A stretch of DNA of 64,000 bases from Eubacteriales bacterium. Lineage in GTDB: Bacteria > Bacillota > Clostridia > Oscillospirales > CAG-382. The translations under genes were made by a program, and so were the position numbers. The stretch lies in NCBI GenBank assembly GCA_050953105.1, contig JBMNMA010000001.1, forward strand, positions 401,983 to 465,982, read 5' to 3'. Positions 46,486 through 54,622 of the stretch are shown here, piece after piece. Within the stretch, counting starts at the first letter, position 1, and the number at the start of each line of letters is the position of its first letter. The notes under the pieces are model-generated. The model had not been told where the DNA came from. It saw only the letters and a list, made by a program, of their open reading frames with translations, and did no database searches.

Positions 46486-47652
46486 TTATTCGTTTATTTC
46501 CCCGGCTTTTTTAAGACCGATTTTGGTTATAGCCGGTCCGGTAAGCTCATAAACAAGGGTGGCACAGAGAATAACCGCCCTTATTGTCGGGCCGTAGGCA
46601 GGCAGAGTGTTGGAGGCTATAAGGGAAAGGCCTATGGCCACGCCTGCCTGGGGAATAAGGGTTAATCCCAGGTATTTCTTTACCGTCCGGGGGGCTTTCA
46701 TTAAAACTGCGCCTATGGTTGCGCCGGCAACCTTGCCTACAACCCTGACTATAAGGTAAATCACCCCGATAACACCGATTTTGGGTATTATGGATATGTC
46801 AAGGGCTGCCCCCGACACCACGAAAAACATTAGGAATATGGGGGGAGTAACAAAGTCGGTGATTTTGAATATCTCATCCCCGGAGGCACTGGTGTTTATA
46901 ACCGCCGCACCCATGCTCATGCACAAAAGCAGGTCGGAAAGTCCAGCAAAGGAAGCAATGGCATTGCCTAAAAACACAAAGCCGCAGATAATAATGAGGC
47001 GGTTGGACTGTTTTTTGAAAAATTTAAGGGGTATGTTAAACAAAAAGCCTAAAATCAAGCCAACGGCGATTGCCCCCACAATTTCAAGCACCGGCGTGAA
47101 AATGCTGGAAAGCACCGAGCTGTTTGCCAGGTTAACCGAAGCGTTGACTATTGCCATGGAAAAGCCAAAGGCCATAATTGCCACGGCATCGTCAAGGGCA
47201 ACCACGCTAAGCAGCGTTTCGGTTACCGGGCCTTTGGCGTTATACTGCTTGACCACCATTATTGTAGCCGCCGGCGCGGTGGCGGAGGCAATGGCACCGA
47301 GGAGGAGGGCTACGTTTTTGTCAAAGCCGAAGATTAAAAGCGCTGCCGTAACAAAAGCGAATGCGAGAAGTGCCTCAAACAATGCTATTACAATGGGGGT
47401 AAGTCCCGCTTTTTTAAGGTAGGACATTTTAAATTCCGCCCCTATGGAAAAGGCAATAAAGGCAAGGGCCATATCAGAAATTATCTCAAACTGGTTTACG
47501 GTTGATACCGAAAGCAGCTTTAATACATGAGGACCGATAATAAGGCCGGCGATAAGATAGCCGGTTACGTTTGGAAGCCTTATAAGTTTAACAAGGCGTC
47601 CGAAAGCAAGCCCTGAAAAAAGTATCAGGGCCAGATAAAAGAATGTTGACAC
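46486..47652 (-). CDS. Cation:proton antiporter (CPA2/Kef-type membrane domain only, no RCK/KTN domain)
   Basis: 388 aa, about 12 TM, with Na_H-exchanger-like N-terminus LPNVTGYLIAGLIIGPHVL. GTG start 3 nt after the PII-like stop. Confidence 0.85.
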   Translation of the reverse strand: MSTFFYLALILFSGLAFGRLVKLIRLPNVTGYLIAGLIIGPHVLKLLSVSTVNQFEIISDMALAFIAFSIGAEFKMSYLKKAGLTPIVIALFEALLAFAFVTAALLIFGFDKNVALLLGAIASATAPAATIMVVKQYNAKGPVTETLLSVVALDDAVAIMAFGFSMAIVNASVNLANSSVLSSIFTPVLEIVGAIAVGLILGFLFNIPLKFFKKQSNRLIIICGFVFLGNAIASFAGLSDLLLCMSMGAAVINTSASGDEIFKITDFVTPPIFLMFFVVSGAALDISIIPKIGVIGVIYLIVRVVGKVAGATIGAVLMKAPRTVKKYLGLTLIPQAGVAIGLSLIASNTLPAYGPTIRAVILCATLVYELTGPAITKIGLKKAGEINE

Positions 47653-47655
47653 AGT

Positions 47656-47994
47656 TTAAATCTCTATCCCTTCTGCTGAAAGTATGGGCATGGTGAAAAT
47701 CACCGCTGTATTGGGTTTTGAAAGATCGCCTATTATCCGTCTTACGATTTCCTTTGCCTTTTCGGCCTTTTCGTCGTCAAGCACCATAAATATGGTTTTG
47801 CTTTCCGTCCGGGGGCCTTCGGTTATAAACCTAAGGGAACCGATGATGGGATAGTATTCGATGTTTTTCGCCAGCTCCGAAACCATGCCGGTGGAATTGA
47901 TTATGGTGGCGCCGTGAATTCCGGCGTTTATAAATTCCTCCAGCATTTTGTCGAGCTTTTCTACTTGGTTAAGAACGATCATTAGTAATTTCAA
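47656..47994 (-). CDS. PII-like signal-transduction-fold protein (non-GlnB)
   Basis: The pattern LLMIVLNQVEKLDKMLEEFINAGIHGATIINSTGM...TIFMVLDDEKAEKAKEIVRRI fits a beta-alpha-beta-beta-alpha-beta fold with a long T-loop-like insert. The likely start is TTG 47994, 8 nt after GGGAG. The track start is 48009. Confidence 0.6.
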   Translation of the reverse strand: MKLLMIVLNQVEKLDKMLEEFINAGIHGATIINSTGMVSELAKNIEYYPIIGSLRFITEGPRTESKTIFMVLDDEKAEKAKEIVRRIIGDLSKPNTAVIFTMPILSAEGIEI

Positions 47995-48061
47995 TCTGTT
48001 CACTCCCAAATTTATTTATTTAAGCCCTTCGGATGTCAGGGCGGGTGTTTGCACAGACGAA

Positions 48062-48088
48062 ACAAAAAACGGGCGGGGTTTAGCCCGT
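48062..48088 (-). terminator. Weak rho-independent terminator after trmK
   Basis: Minus strand reads acgggc-taaacccc-gcccgt followed by tttttt. Confidence 0.5.
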
Positions 48089-48094
48089 ATCTAT

Positions 48095-48733
48095 TCAGTT
48101 TTTGATTATATTTATACATTCGTTGATTAAACCTTCGTCCGATATGTGTTTTGTGCCCGAAAAGCGTTTTTCGGCATAAGACTTTATTTTTTTCACATAC
48201 TGCTTATATTCTAGGGTGTCCGGCCTGATTTTTCCTAAAAACAGGTCGTTGTAGGTGTATTCGGTTACACCCTCCTTAGGGCAGGCAAGCATAACCACAT
48301 AGGGCTTGCCGCCTTCGATGGCATAGCTTTCTCTTTCAATAACAAAGCCGTTATCCCAAAGATATTTTCTTAAAAGCTCTGCCTTTGTCATGGGCTGCAG
48401 CACAAGACGGGTGAATTTTCCCCTGCCGTTTTCTATAATATCGGCAATATTGTTTCCCCCCATGCCGCAGATACAGGCGGTGTCGAAGGTTTTGTCAACG
48501 CTGTTAAATCCGTCGGAAAGGAAAAATTCCATTTTATCGTAGACATTATATCTTTTAGCCGTTTCTTTTGCCCTTTCAAGTGGGGCAGGGTTTATGTCTG
48601 TGGCGGCGGCATGCTGGCAGACACCTGTCTTTATAAGGTAAACGGGAAGATAAGCGTGGTCGCTGCCTATGTCTATCACCGTTCCGGATGTTACAAACGC
48701 TGCCGCCAAATTCAGTCTTTCGCCTAATTTCAT
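48095..48733 (-). CDS. trmK: tRNA (adenine22-N1)-methyltransferase
   Basis: VIDIGSDHAYLPVYL, ATDINPAPLERA, CICGMGG. Confidence 0.85.
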   Translation of the reverse strand: MKLGERLNLAAAFVTSGTVIDIGSDHAYLPVYLIKTGVCQHAAATDINPAPLERAKETAKRYNVYDKMEFFLSDGFNSVDKTFDTACICGMGGNNIADIIENGRGKFTRLVLQPMTKAELLRKYLWDNGFVIERESYAIEGGKPYVVMLACPKEGVTEYTYNDLFLGKIRPDTLEYKQYVKKIKSYAEKRFSGTKHISDEGLINECINIIKN

Positions 48734-51108
48734 ACGCCGAAAATAAGCCTTGCGTATTTAACCGCAGAAACGGCGTCCTTTCCGTAAAAGTCGGCGCCTA
48801 TTGAGTCGGCATAATCCTGGGTAAGCACCGCTCCCCCCACCATAACCTTGCAGAAGGGGGCCTTTTCCTTAATCAGCCTTACCGTTTCGGCCATATTTAC
48901 AACGGTAGTGGTCATAAGGGCCGAAAGTCCGGCAAGCTTTGCCCTGTGGGTTAACACCGCCTCAAGGACAACCTCCGGCGGCACGTTTTTGCCTAAATCA
49001 ATAACGTCAAAGCCGTAGTTTTCAAGGAGGGTTTTTACAATGTTTTTGCCTATGTCGTGTATATCACCCTTGACGGTGGCGATTATTATCTTATGCCCGG
49101 AACTTTGCTTTTCACCCTTATAGGATTTTTTTATTTCCTCAAAGGCAGCTTTGGCAGCCTCGGCGGCCATAAGAAGCTGGGGAAGGAACATTTTTCCCTT
49201 TTCAAATTCCTTGCCCACCTCGTCAAGGGCGGGGACAAGGTGTTCGCTTATTATAACCAGAGGTTCTGTGCTGTCAAGAAGCTTCTTTGTGGCCTTGGAT
49301 GCCGATTCGGCAAGGCCGGATATTATGGAATCATACAGGGTAAGTTCTGAATAAACCTTCTCTTTGGGAGGTTCGGCAATATACTTATCCACATATTCGG
49401 CATATTGTGCCTTATATCCCTCTAATGCCCTTGAAGAGTAATAGGCACTCATCATGCTTTCGGAAAGTGGGTTGACTATTCCCGCCGACAGGCCGGCCTC
49501 AAGGGCCATGCCGAAAAAGGCGGCGTTTATGTTGTCCCGCTTGGGAAGGCCGAAGGAAATATTGGATATGCCCAAAACGGTGTGTAAACCCAGCTTTTCT
49601 TTTATTTGTGTTATTGTCTTTATGGTTATTTCAGCGGCATTTTTGGTGGATGCCGCCGAGGTAACAATACCGTCGGCGATAAGATCCTTTTTATCGATAC
49701 CGTATTCTTTGGCCTTGGATATGATTTTTTCGATTATTTTAAGTCGTCCTTCGGGTTCTTCGGGTATTCCATTTTCGTCCATGGCAAGGCAGACTGCCGC
49801 CGCCCCGTATTTTTTCATTAACGGGAATATGGCGGCCATGGATTCTTCCGAGCCGTTGACCGAGTTTATAAGGGGTTTACCGTTGTATATCCTAAGCGCC
49901 TTTTCAAGAGCCTCATAATTTGAGGTGTCAAGCTGCAAGGGCAGTTCGGTTACCGCCTGCAGGGCCTCCACCGCCTTGGTAAGCATTGATACTTCGTCAA
50001 TTCCGGGCAGCCCCACATTTACGTCAAGGATATGGGCTCCCTTTTCCTGCTGGGCAAGTCCTTCCCGGAGTATATATTCAATATCCCCGTTTTTAAGGGC
50101 TTCCTTAAACAAGGGTTTTCCCGTGGGGTTTATCCGTTCGCCGATAATAAGCGGATCGCTACCGAAAAATGAGATACGGCTGCGTGAGGCAACGGCGGTG
50201 AAATTCTTTTTGCTAACCGGCTTAATTTCTTTGCCCTTAATCTCATTTGCAATTTCTTTTATATATTCATTGTTGGTGCCGCAGCAGCCGCCAACGGCGG
50301 AAACTCCCGCTTCCACCAGCTTTACGCAAGCCTTTGCAAAGGCAAACTTGTCCACGTTGTAAACGGCTTTGCCGCCCTTTGAAACGGGGATACCCGCATT
50401 GGGGTTGCAAAGAATGGGGACGGAGGAATATTTCACAAGTTCGGGAACGATGGCAACAAGCTGTTCGGGGCCTTCGCCGCAGTTTATACCTATGCCGTCG
50501 ATACCCATTCCCTCAAGCATAAAGCAGGCGTTGGCAGGTGAGCCGCCCGAAATAAGCTTTCCCTTGGAGTCCAATATCATTGTTAAAATAACGGGTAGAT
50601 TGGTGTTTTCCTTTGCCGCAAGAAGGGCCGCTTTCATTTCATAAGGGTCGGACATTGTTTCAAACAATATCAAATCCACCCCGGCTTTTTCGCCTGAAGT
50701 AACGATAGAGGCATAAGCGGATACGGCGTCTTCAAAGTCAAGCTGGCCGAGGGGTTTTAACAGTTTGCCCATAGAGCCCACCGACAAGGCTATAAAGGCT
50801 TTTTTGCCGGTTTTGGCATAATAATCCGAAACCGCCTGACGGGCAATGGATACGGCCTTTTCGACGGTTTGGGAAAGGGTGTATTTAGTGTCGCAAAGCT
50901 TAAAGGGGTTGGCGCCGAAGGTGTTGGTGGAGATAACGTCGGCCCCCGCCTCAAGGTATAGAGTATGAATCTTGTATATGCTGTCGGGGTGGGTAAAGTT
51001 CCACTCCTCGGGTATTTCCCCGGTTTTCAACCCCATGTCATGAAGGAAGGTTCCCATGGAGCCGTCGAATATAACCGGCTTTTTGCCGAAAATATCAAGA
51101 AATTTCAT
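48730..51108 (-). CDS. metH: Cobalamin-dependent methionine synthase, short form (Hcy-binding, pterin-binding and B12-binding domains; no AdoMet reactivation domain)
   Basis: The N-terminus has the Hcy S-methyltransferase fold (GGCCGT). The middle is a pterin-binding TIM domain. The C-terminus has the DIHDIGKNIV (DxHxxG) B12 motif. 792 aa. Confidence 0.9.
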   Translation of the reverse strand: MKFLDIFGKKPVIFDGSMGTFLHDMGLKTGEIPEEWNFTHPDSIYKIHTLYLEAGADVISTNTFGANPFKLCDTKYTLSQTVEKAVSIARQAVSDYYAKTGKKAFIALSVGSMGKLLKPLGQLDFEDAVSAYASIVTSGEKAGVDLILFETMSDPYEMKAALLAAKENTNLPVILTMILDSKGKLISGGSPANACFMLEGMGIDGIGINCGEGPEQLVAIVPELVKYSSVPILCNPNAGIPVSKGGKAVYNVDKFAFAKACVKLVEAGVSAVGGCCGTNNEYIKEIANEIKGKEIKPVSKKNFTAVASRSRISFFGSDPLIIGERINPTGKPLFKEALKNGDIEYILREGLAQQEKGAHILDVNVGLPGIDEVSMLTKAVEALQAVTELPLQLDTSNYEALEKALRIYNGKPLINSVNGSEESMAAIFPLMKKYGAAAVCLAMDENGIPEEPEGRLKIIEKIISKAKEYGIDKKDLIADGIVTSAASTKNAAEITIKTITQIKEKLGLHTVLGISNISFGLPKRDNINAAFFGMALEAGLSAGIVNPLSESMMSAYYSSRALEGYKAQYAEYVDKYIAEPPKEKVYSELTLYDSIISGLAESASKATKKLLDSTEPLVIISEHLVPALDEVGKEFEKGKMFLPQLLMAAEAAKAAFEEIKKSYKGEKQSSGHKIIIATVKGDIHDIGKNIVKTLLENYGFDVIDLGKNVPPEVVLEAVLTHRAKLAGLSALMTTTVVNMAETVRLIKEKAPFCKVMVGGAVLTQDYADSIGADFYGKDAVSAVKYARLIFGV

Positions 51109-51109
51109 T

Positions 51110-51964
51110 TTAAACCCCTTTTACCCCATCGATTATCGCCTTTGCGATATTGGGACGGTTCATGGTATAAATATGTATATTGCCGAATCCGTTGGATATA
51201 ATGTCGTTTATCTGATTAACGGCAAACTCTATCCCCGCTTTTTCCATGTCCGGCGTTGAGCCGTATTTTGAAATTATTGTGGCAAGGGATGAGGGCACCC
51301 GGCTTTTTGAAAGCTGAATCATTTTACCGATTCGGGATGCGTTGGTTACCGGCATAATGCCTGCAAGAATGGGAATGTTTATTCCCGCTTTGGCCGCTTT
51401 TTCACGGAATTCGTAATAAACAACGTTGTCGAAAAACATTTGCGTTGTTAAAAACTGAGCGCCGGCGTCAACCTTTATTTTAAGGTTTTCCATATCCTCG
51501 TCTAACGACGCCGATTCGGGATGTCCCTCTGGATAGCAGGCTCCGCCTATGCAAAATTCACCGTTTTTCTTTATGTCAAATATAAGCTGGCTGGCGTATT
51601 TGTAGTCGTTGGGGAGAACAAAGTCAGGCTCTGTCGGAATATCCCCCCGTAAAGCAAGGATGTTTTGAATGTTTTCGCTTTTTAGCTTTTCAATAACCTC
51701 ATACACCTTTTGTCTGGTGGAGGAAACGCAGGTAAGATGGGCAAGGGCGGGAATATTGTGGTTTTCAATCTCCTTTGCCACTTCTACGGTAAATTCGCTT
51801 GTCCCCCCGGTGGCGCCGTAGGTGCAGGAAACAAAAGCGGGTGAAAGGGTTGCAGTTTCGGCAACTATGCGTTTTGTGTCCTCAAGCTGGGAAAACTGCT
51901 TGGGGGGGAACAGCTCAAGGGAGATGGTGGTTTTTTCCCTTTTTAAAATATCAATTATTTTCAC
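51110..51964 (-). CDS. metF: Methylenetetrahydrofolate reductase
   Basis: SLELFPPK, SCTYGATGG, HLTC, ALRGD. Confidence 0.9.
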   Translation of the reverse strand: MKIIDILKREKTTISLELFPPKQFSQLEDTKRIVAETATLSPAFVSCTYGATGGTSEFTVEVAKEIENHNIPALAHLTCVSSTRQKVYEVIEKLKSENIQNILALRGDIPTEPDFVLPNDYKYASQLIFDIKKNGEFCIGGACYPEGHPESASLDEDMENLKIKVDAGAQFLTTQMFFDNVVYYEFREKAAKAGINIPILAGIMPVTNASRIGKMIQLSKSRVPSSLATIISKYGSTPDMEKAGIEFAVNQINDIISNGFGNIHIYTMNRPNIAKAIIDGVKGV

Positions 51965-52604
51965 CCGAGTTTACCTCCTTTTGTGCCGGCATGAAGCGGT
52001 TTTGCAAAATTTCTATTTGTGCCCTTCTGCCCGAATTTTCGTGTATTGATTGTATGACCTTTTCTAAATACTGCTCTTCTATAAAGCATTCGGCTGATAC
52101 TTGGTCGGTATATTGTGTATTATTAACCGAAACGCCCTCGGTTTTAAACAGATACGACAGCCTTTGAAAGTCGCTGTAGGTGGATGTTACCTTAAACACG
52201 GCATGGGGAACCCATAATACAACCCCTGCCTTGTCCACGGCGTTTTTAGCGGCGGCGGTATAGGCCCGGACAAGTCCCCCTGCCCCAAGCTGAATGCCCC
52301 CGAAATACCGGGTAACCACCACAACGGCGTTGGTAAGGCCCTCCTTGCGGAGCACCTCAAGGACAGGCAGGCCTGCGGTGCCGTGGGGCTCGCCGTCGTC
52401 GGAAAACCTTGACATATTGTTTTCCCTTAAAATATAGGCATAAACATTGTGGGTGGCGTCGGAATACCTTTTTCTAACCGAATTTATAAAGGAAATCGCC
52501 TCCTCCTCGGTTAAAACCGGCGAAGCGGTGGAGTAAAAAACCGACTTCCTTTCGGTAAATTCGGCAAAGGATGTTTCCCTAAGGCTTTTATACCCTTTGC
52601 TCAT
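51951..52604 (-). CDS. yigZ: YigZ / IMPACT family protein
   Basis: ERKSVFY.., ATHNVYAY, DDGEPHGTAGLPVLEVL. ATG 52604 (MSKGYKS) is preferred over the track start, which runs deep into ask. Confidence 0.85.
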   Translation of the reverse strand: MSKGYKSLRETSFAEFTERKSVFYSTASPVLTEEEAISFINSVRKRYSDATHNVYAYILRENNMSRFSDDGEPHGTAGLPVLEVLRKEGLTNAVVVVTRYFGGIQLGAGGLVRAYTAAAKNAVDKAGVVLWVPHAVFKVTSTYSDFQRLSYLFKTEGVSVNNTQYTDQVSAECFIEEQYLEKVIQSIHENSGRRAQIEILQNRFMPAQKEVNSGENN

Positions 52605-53928
52605 GATTGCAAAATTCGTAATAAACCGCCCGAATGGCCTCCTCAAAGTCTTTTTCATCCACGCCAACTATAATGTTAAGCTCGGAGGATCCCTGGTCGA
52701 TCATTTTAATGTTTATTCCCGCCTTGGCAATTGCCGAAAATACCCTCGAGGCGGTTCCGGGGGAGTTGACCATACCACGGCCCACAACGGCGATTAACGC
52801 CAGAGAAGGCTCAATAAATATGTTGTCGGGGTTTACCATACGGGAAAGCTTGTTAAGCAGGAAGCTTTCTTTTCCCTTGATATATGAGGAATCCACGATA
52901 ACCGACATGGTGTCGATACCGGAGGGAAGATGCTCGAAGCATATGTTCATATCGTAGAAGGCCTGAAGCACCTTCATGCCGAAGCCCACCTCAAGGTTCA
53001 TCATATCCTTTTCAAGATGAACCACCGAAAATCCCTTTTTTCCGGCTATACCCGTAATAACCTCCGGATTTACCACGTTTGTCTCCGATACTATAAGGGT
53101 GCCGGGGTGGGAAGGATCGTTGGTGTTTTTAATGTTTATGGGTATTCCCGCAATTTTAACCGGGAAAATGGCATCCTCGTGCAATACTGTGGCTCCCATG
53201 TAAGAAAGCTCACGCAGTTCTCTGTAGGTGATTACGCTTATGGGAAGGGGGTTATTCACAATCCTGGGGTCGCACATTAAGAAGCCGGAAACATCCGTCC
53301 AGTTTTCGTATATATCCGCCATTACCGCCCTTGCCACCACTGCGCCGGTAATGTCGCTGCCGCCCCGGGAGAAGGTTTTAATTTCCCCGCAGGGGAGAGA
53401 GCCGTAAAAGCCCGGGATGACGGCATATTTGGCGGAAAGCAGCCTTTCGGACATAAACAGATTGGTGCGGTCGGCGTTGAACAGTTTATCGGGACCGAAA
53501 AACACCACCTCGGCGGCGTCTATAAATTCAAACCCCAGATAGTGGGAAAGGATGATGCCGTTTAAATATTCCCCACGGGAGGCGGCATAGTCAACGGTGC
53601 ATCCTTTTTCAAGGTTTTTGTATATTATTTCAAATTCCCGGTCTAAGGTCATGTCAAGGCAAAGGCCGGTTATTATATCGTCGAATCTTTCCTTTATTTT
53701 TTTAAGTAAATCGGTGAAATCACTGCCGGAGGAGGCATTTTTCTGACATTCTATAAGCATGTCGGTAACCTTGGTGTCTCCGCTGTGGCGTTTGCCGGGG
53801 GCGGAGGGAACAACGTACCGGCGCGTGGGGTCGGAGAGTATGATATCGGCGACTTTTTTGAATTGTTCAGCGTCCGCAAGGGAGGAGCCGCCGAATTTTA
53901 CAACTTTGATGCAGTCGGACTTTTTCAT
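52588..53928 (-). CDS. Aspartate kinase
   Basis: VVKFGGSSLADAEQFKKV, SRGGSD, and C-terminal ACT-like repeats. Confidence 0.9.
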   Translation of the reverse strand: MKKSDCIKVVKFGGSSLADAEQFKKVADIILSDPTRRYVVPSAPGKRHSGDTKVTDMLIECQKNASSGSDFTDLLKKIKERFDDIITGLCLDMTLDREFEIIYKNLEKGCTVDYAASRGEYLNGIILSHYLGFEFIDAAEVVFFGPDKLFNADRTNLFMSERLLSAKYAVIPGFYGSLPCGEIKTFSRGGSDITGAVVARAVMADIYENWTDVSGFLMCDPRIVNNPLPISVITYRELRELSYMGATVLHEDAIFPVKIAGIPINIKNTNDPSHPGTLIVSETNVVNPEVITGIAGKKGFSVVHLEKDMMNLEVGFGMKVLQAFYDMNICFEHLPSGIDTMSVIVDSSYIKGKESFLLNKLSRMVNPDNIFIEPSLALIAVVGRGMVNSPGTASRVFSAIAKAGINIKMIDQGSSELNIIVGVDEKDFEEAIRAVYYEFCNHEQRV

Positions 53929-53973
53929 TGACTTATACTCCGGAAAAATTATTTACAAATATTAGCATGGTTC

Positions 53974-54002
53974 ATATTAACACACTGCGTATAAAAATTC
54001 AA
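53974..54002 (-). promoter_or_regulatory. Sigma-A promoter for the ask-yigZ-metF-metH-trmK string
   Basis: Minus strand reads TTGAAT, 17-nt spacer, TAATAT, with an extended TG (gTGtTAATAT). The predicted leader is only about 40 nt. Confidence 0.55.
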
Positions 54003-54053
54003 TAGTCATTTTTTACATACATTATAATATATGCCCGTTTTTATATTAAGGTA

Positions 54054-54082
54054 TTGACAAATAAGCGCTGAAAGGATATACT
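54054..54082 (+). promoter_or_regulatory. Sigma-A promoter for tRNA-Arg
   Basis: TTGACA, 17-nt spacer, TATACT, about 14 nt upstream of the mature tRNA 5' end. Confidence 0.7.
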
Positions 54083-54095
54083 TAAAAAACGGCAC

Positions 54096-54170
54096 GCCCC
54101 CATAGTTAAATGGATATAACAAGCCCCTCCTAAGGGTTAGTTATGGGTTCGATTCCCGTTGGGGGTGCCA
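54096..54170 (+). tRNA. tRNA-Arg (anticodon CCU), CCA encoded
   Basis: Hand-folded cloverleaf. Acceptor stem GCCCCCA/TGGGGGT (G1-U72 wobble). D-stem GTTA/TAAC with a GG-containing loop. Anticodon stem AGCCC/GGGTT with loop CTCCTAA. T-arm ATGGG-TTCGATT-CCCGT. Discriminator G plus CCA. Confidence 0.9.
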
Positions 54171-54171
54171 G

Positions 54172-54199
54172 AAAAATGCACCCTTTCGGGTGCATTTTT
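54172..54199 (+). terminator. Rho-independent terminator after tRNA-Arg
   Basis: aaaaatgcaccc-tttc-gggtgcattttt. Confidence 0.85.
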
Positions 54200-54262
54200 C
54201 AGTTATATTCGCCTGCGGCGAGTTATATTGCTACGCAGTTATATTGCCCCTTGCGGGGCAGT
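54192..54262 (+). repeat. Three AGTTATATT direct repeats interleaved with two short GC hairpins (the second is terminator-like)
   Basis: AGTTATATT at 54192, 54212 and 54228. Hairpins cgcc-tgc-ggcg (54201-54211) and gcccc-ttgc-ggggc (54237-54250), the latter followed by agtttttatttt. Confidence 0.7.
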
Positions 54263-54318
54263 TTTTATTTTGTATATTTCGACAACACATAAATTTATAT
54301 TTTGTATATTTTTTATAC

Positions 54319-54347
54319 AACACCCTATTGACAAACGCGTTAGCGTA
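54319..54347 (+). promoter_or_regulatory. Sigma-A type promoter of feoAB
   Basis: TTGACA, 17-nt spacer, TAACAT. An alternative TATAAT at 54347-54352 would give a 22-nt spacer. Confidence 0.55.
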
Positions 54348-54369
54348 TGCTAACATATAATTGTTAGCG
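54330..54369 (+). promoter_or_regulatory. Twin 16-bp palindromic operator candidates (GTTAGC-N4-GCTAAC, two copies)
   Basis: GTTAGCGTATGCTAAC (54330-54345, overlapping the -10) and GTTAGCGTAGGCTAAC (54354-54369, over the TSS/leader). Centre-to-centre distance is 24 bp. Confidence 0.65.
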
Positions 54370-54394
54370 TAGGCTAACAAAAGGAGTGGAAGGT

Positions 54395-54619
54395 ATGAAG
54401 ACTTTAAGAGACACTAAACCGGGTGAAACGGTTAAAGTAGCCAAAGTGACCGGAGCGGGAGCAATCCGCCGGCGTATTATGGACATGGGAATAACCAAAG
54501 GCGTTAACATTACCGTAAGGAAAACCGCACCTTTGGGAGATCCCGTTGAAATAACCGTACGGGGCTACCAACTGTCACTACGCAAAGCCGACGCCGAAAT
54601 GGTGGTTCTTGAAGGGTGA
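54395..54619 (+). CDS. feoA: Ferrous iron transport protein A
   Basis: MKTLRDTKPGETVKVAKV..GAIRRRIMDMGITKG..I is the SH3-like FeoA pattern. ATG 54395 is 8 nt after AGGAG. Confidence 0.9.
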   Translation: MKTLRDTKPGETVKVAKVTGAGAIRRRIMDMGITKGVNITVRKTAPLGDPVEITVRGYQLSLRKADAEMVVLEG

Positions 54620-54622
54620 TCT

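Noticed and set aside
53929-54053. Possible lysine or SAM riboswitch upstream of aspartate kinase.
   Set aside because: The region is AT-rich with no conserved riboswitch cores seen by eye. The predicted promoter leaves only a leader of about 40 nt. This still needs a covariance-model search to be definitive.
54159-54353. A 64-aa ORF starting inside tRNA-Arg.
   Set aside because: It overlaps the tRNA 3' end, its terminator and the repeat tract. It has no RBS, and its composition is dictated by the AT-rich intergenic repeats.
54319-54369. Fur box at the feoAB promoter.
   Set aside because: I could find no match to the AT-rich 19-bp Fur consensus or to the 7-1-7 TGATAAT-N-ATTATCA motif. The GTTAGC-N4-GCTAAC palindromes are reported as a finding instead.
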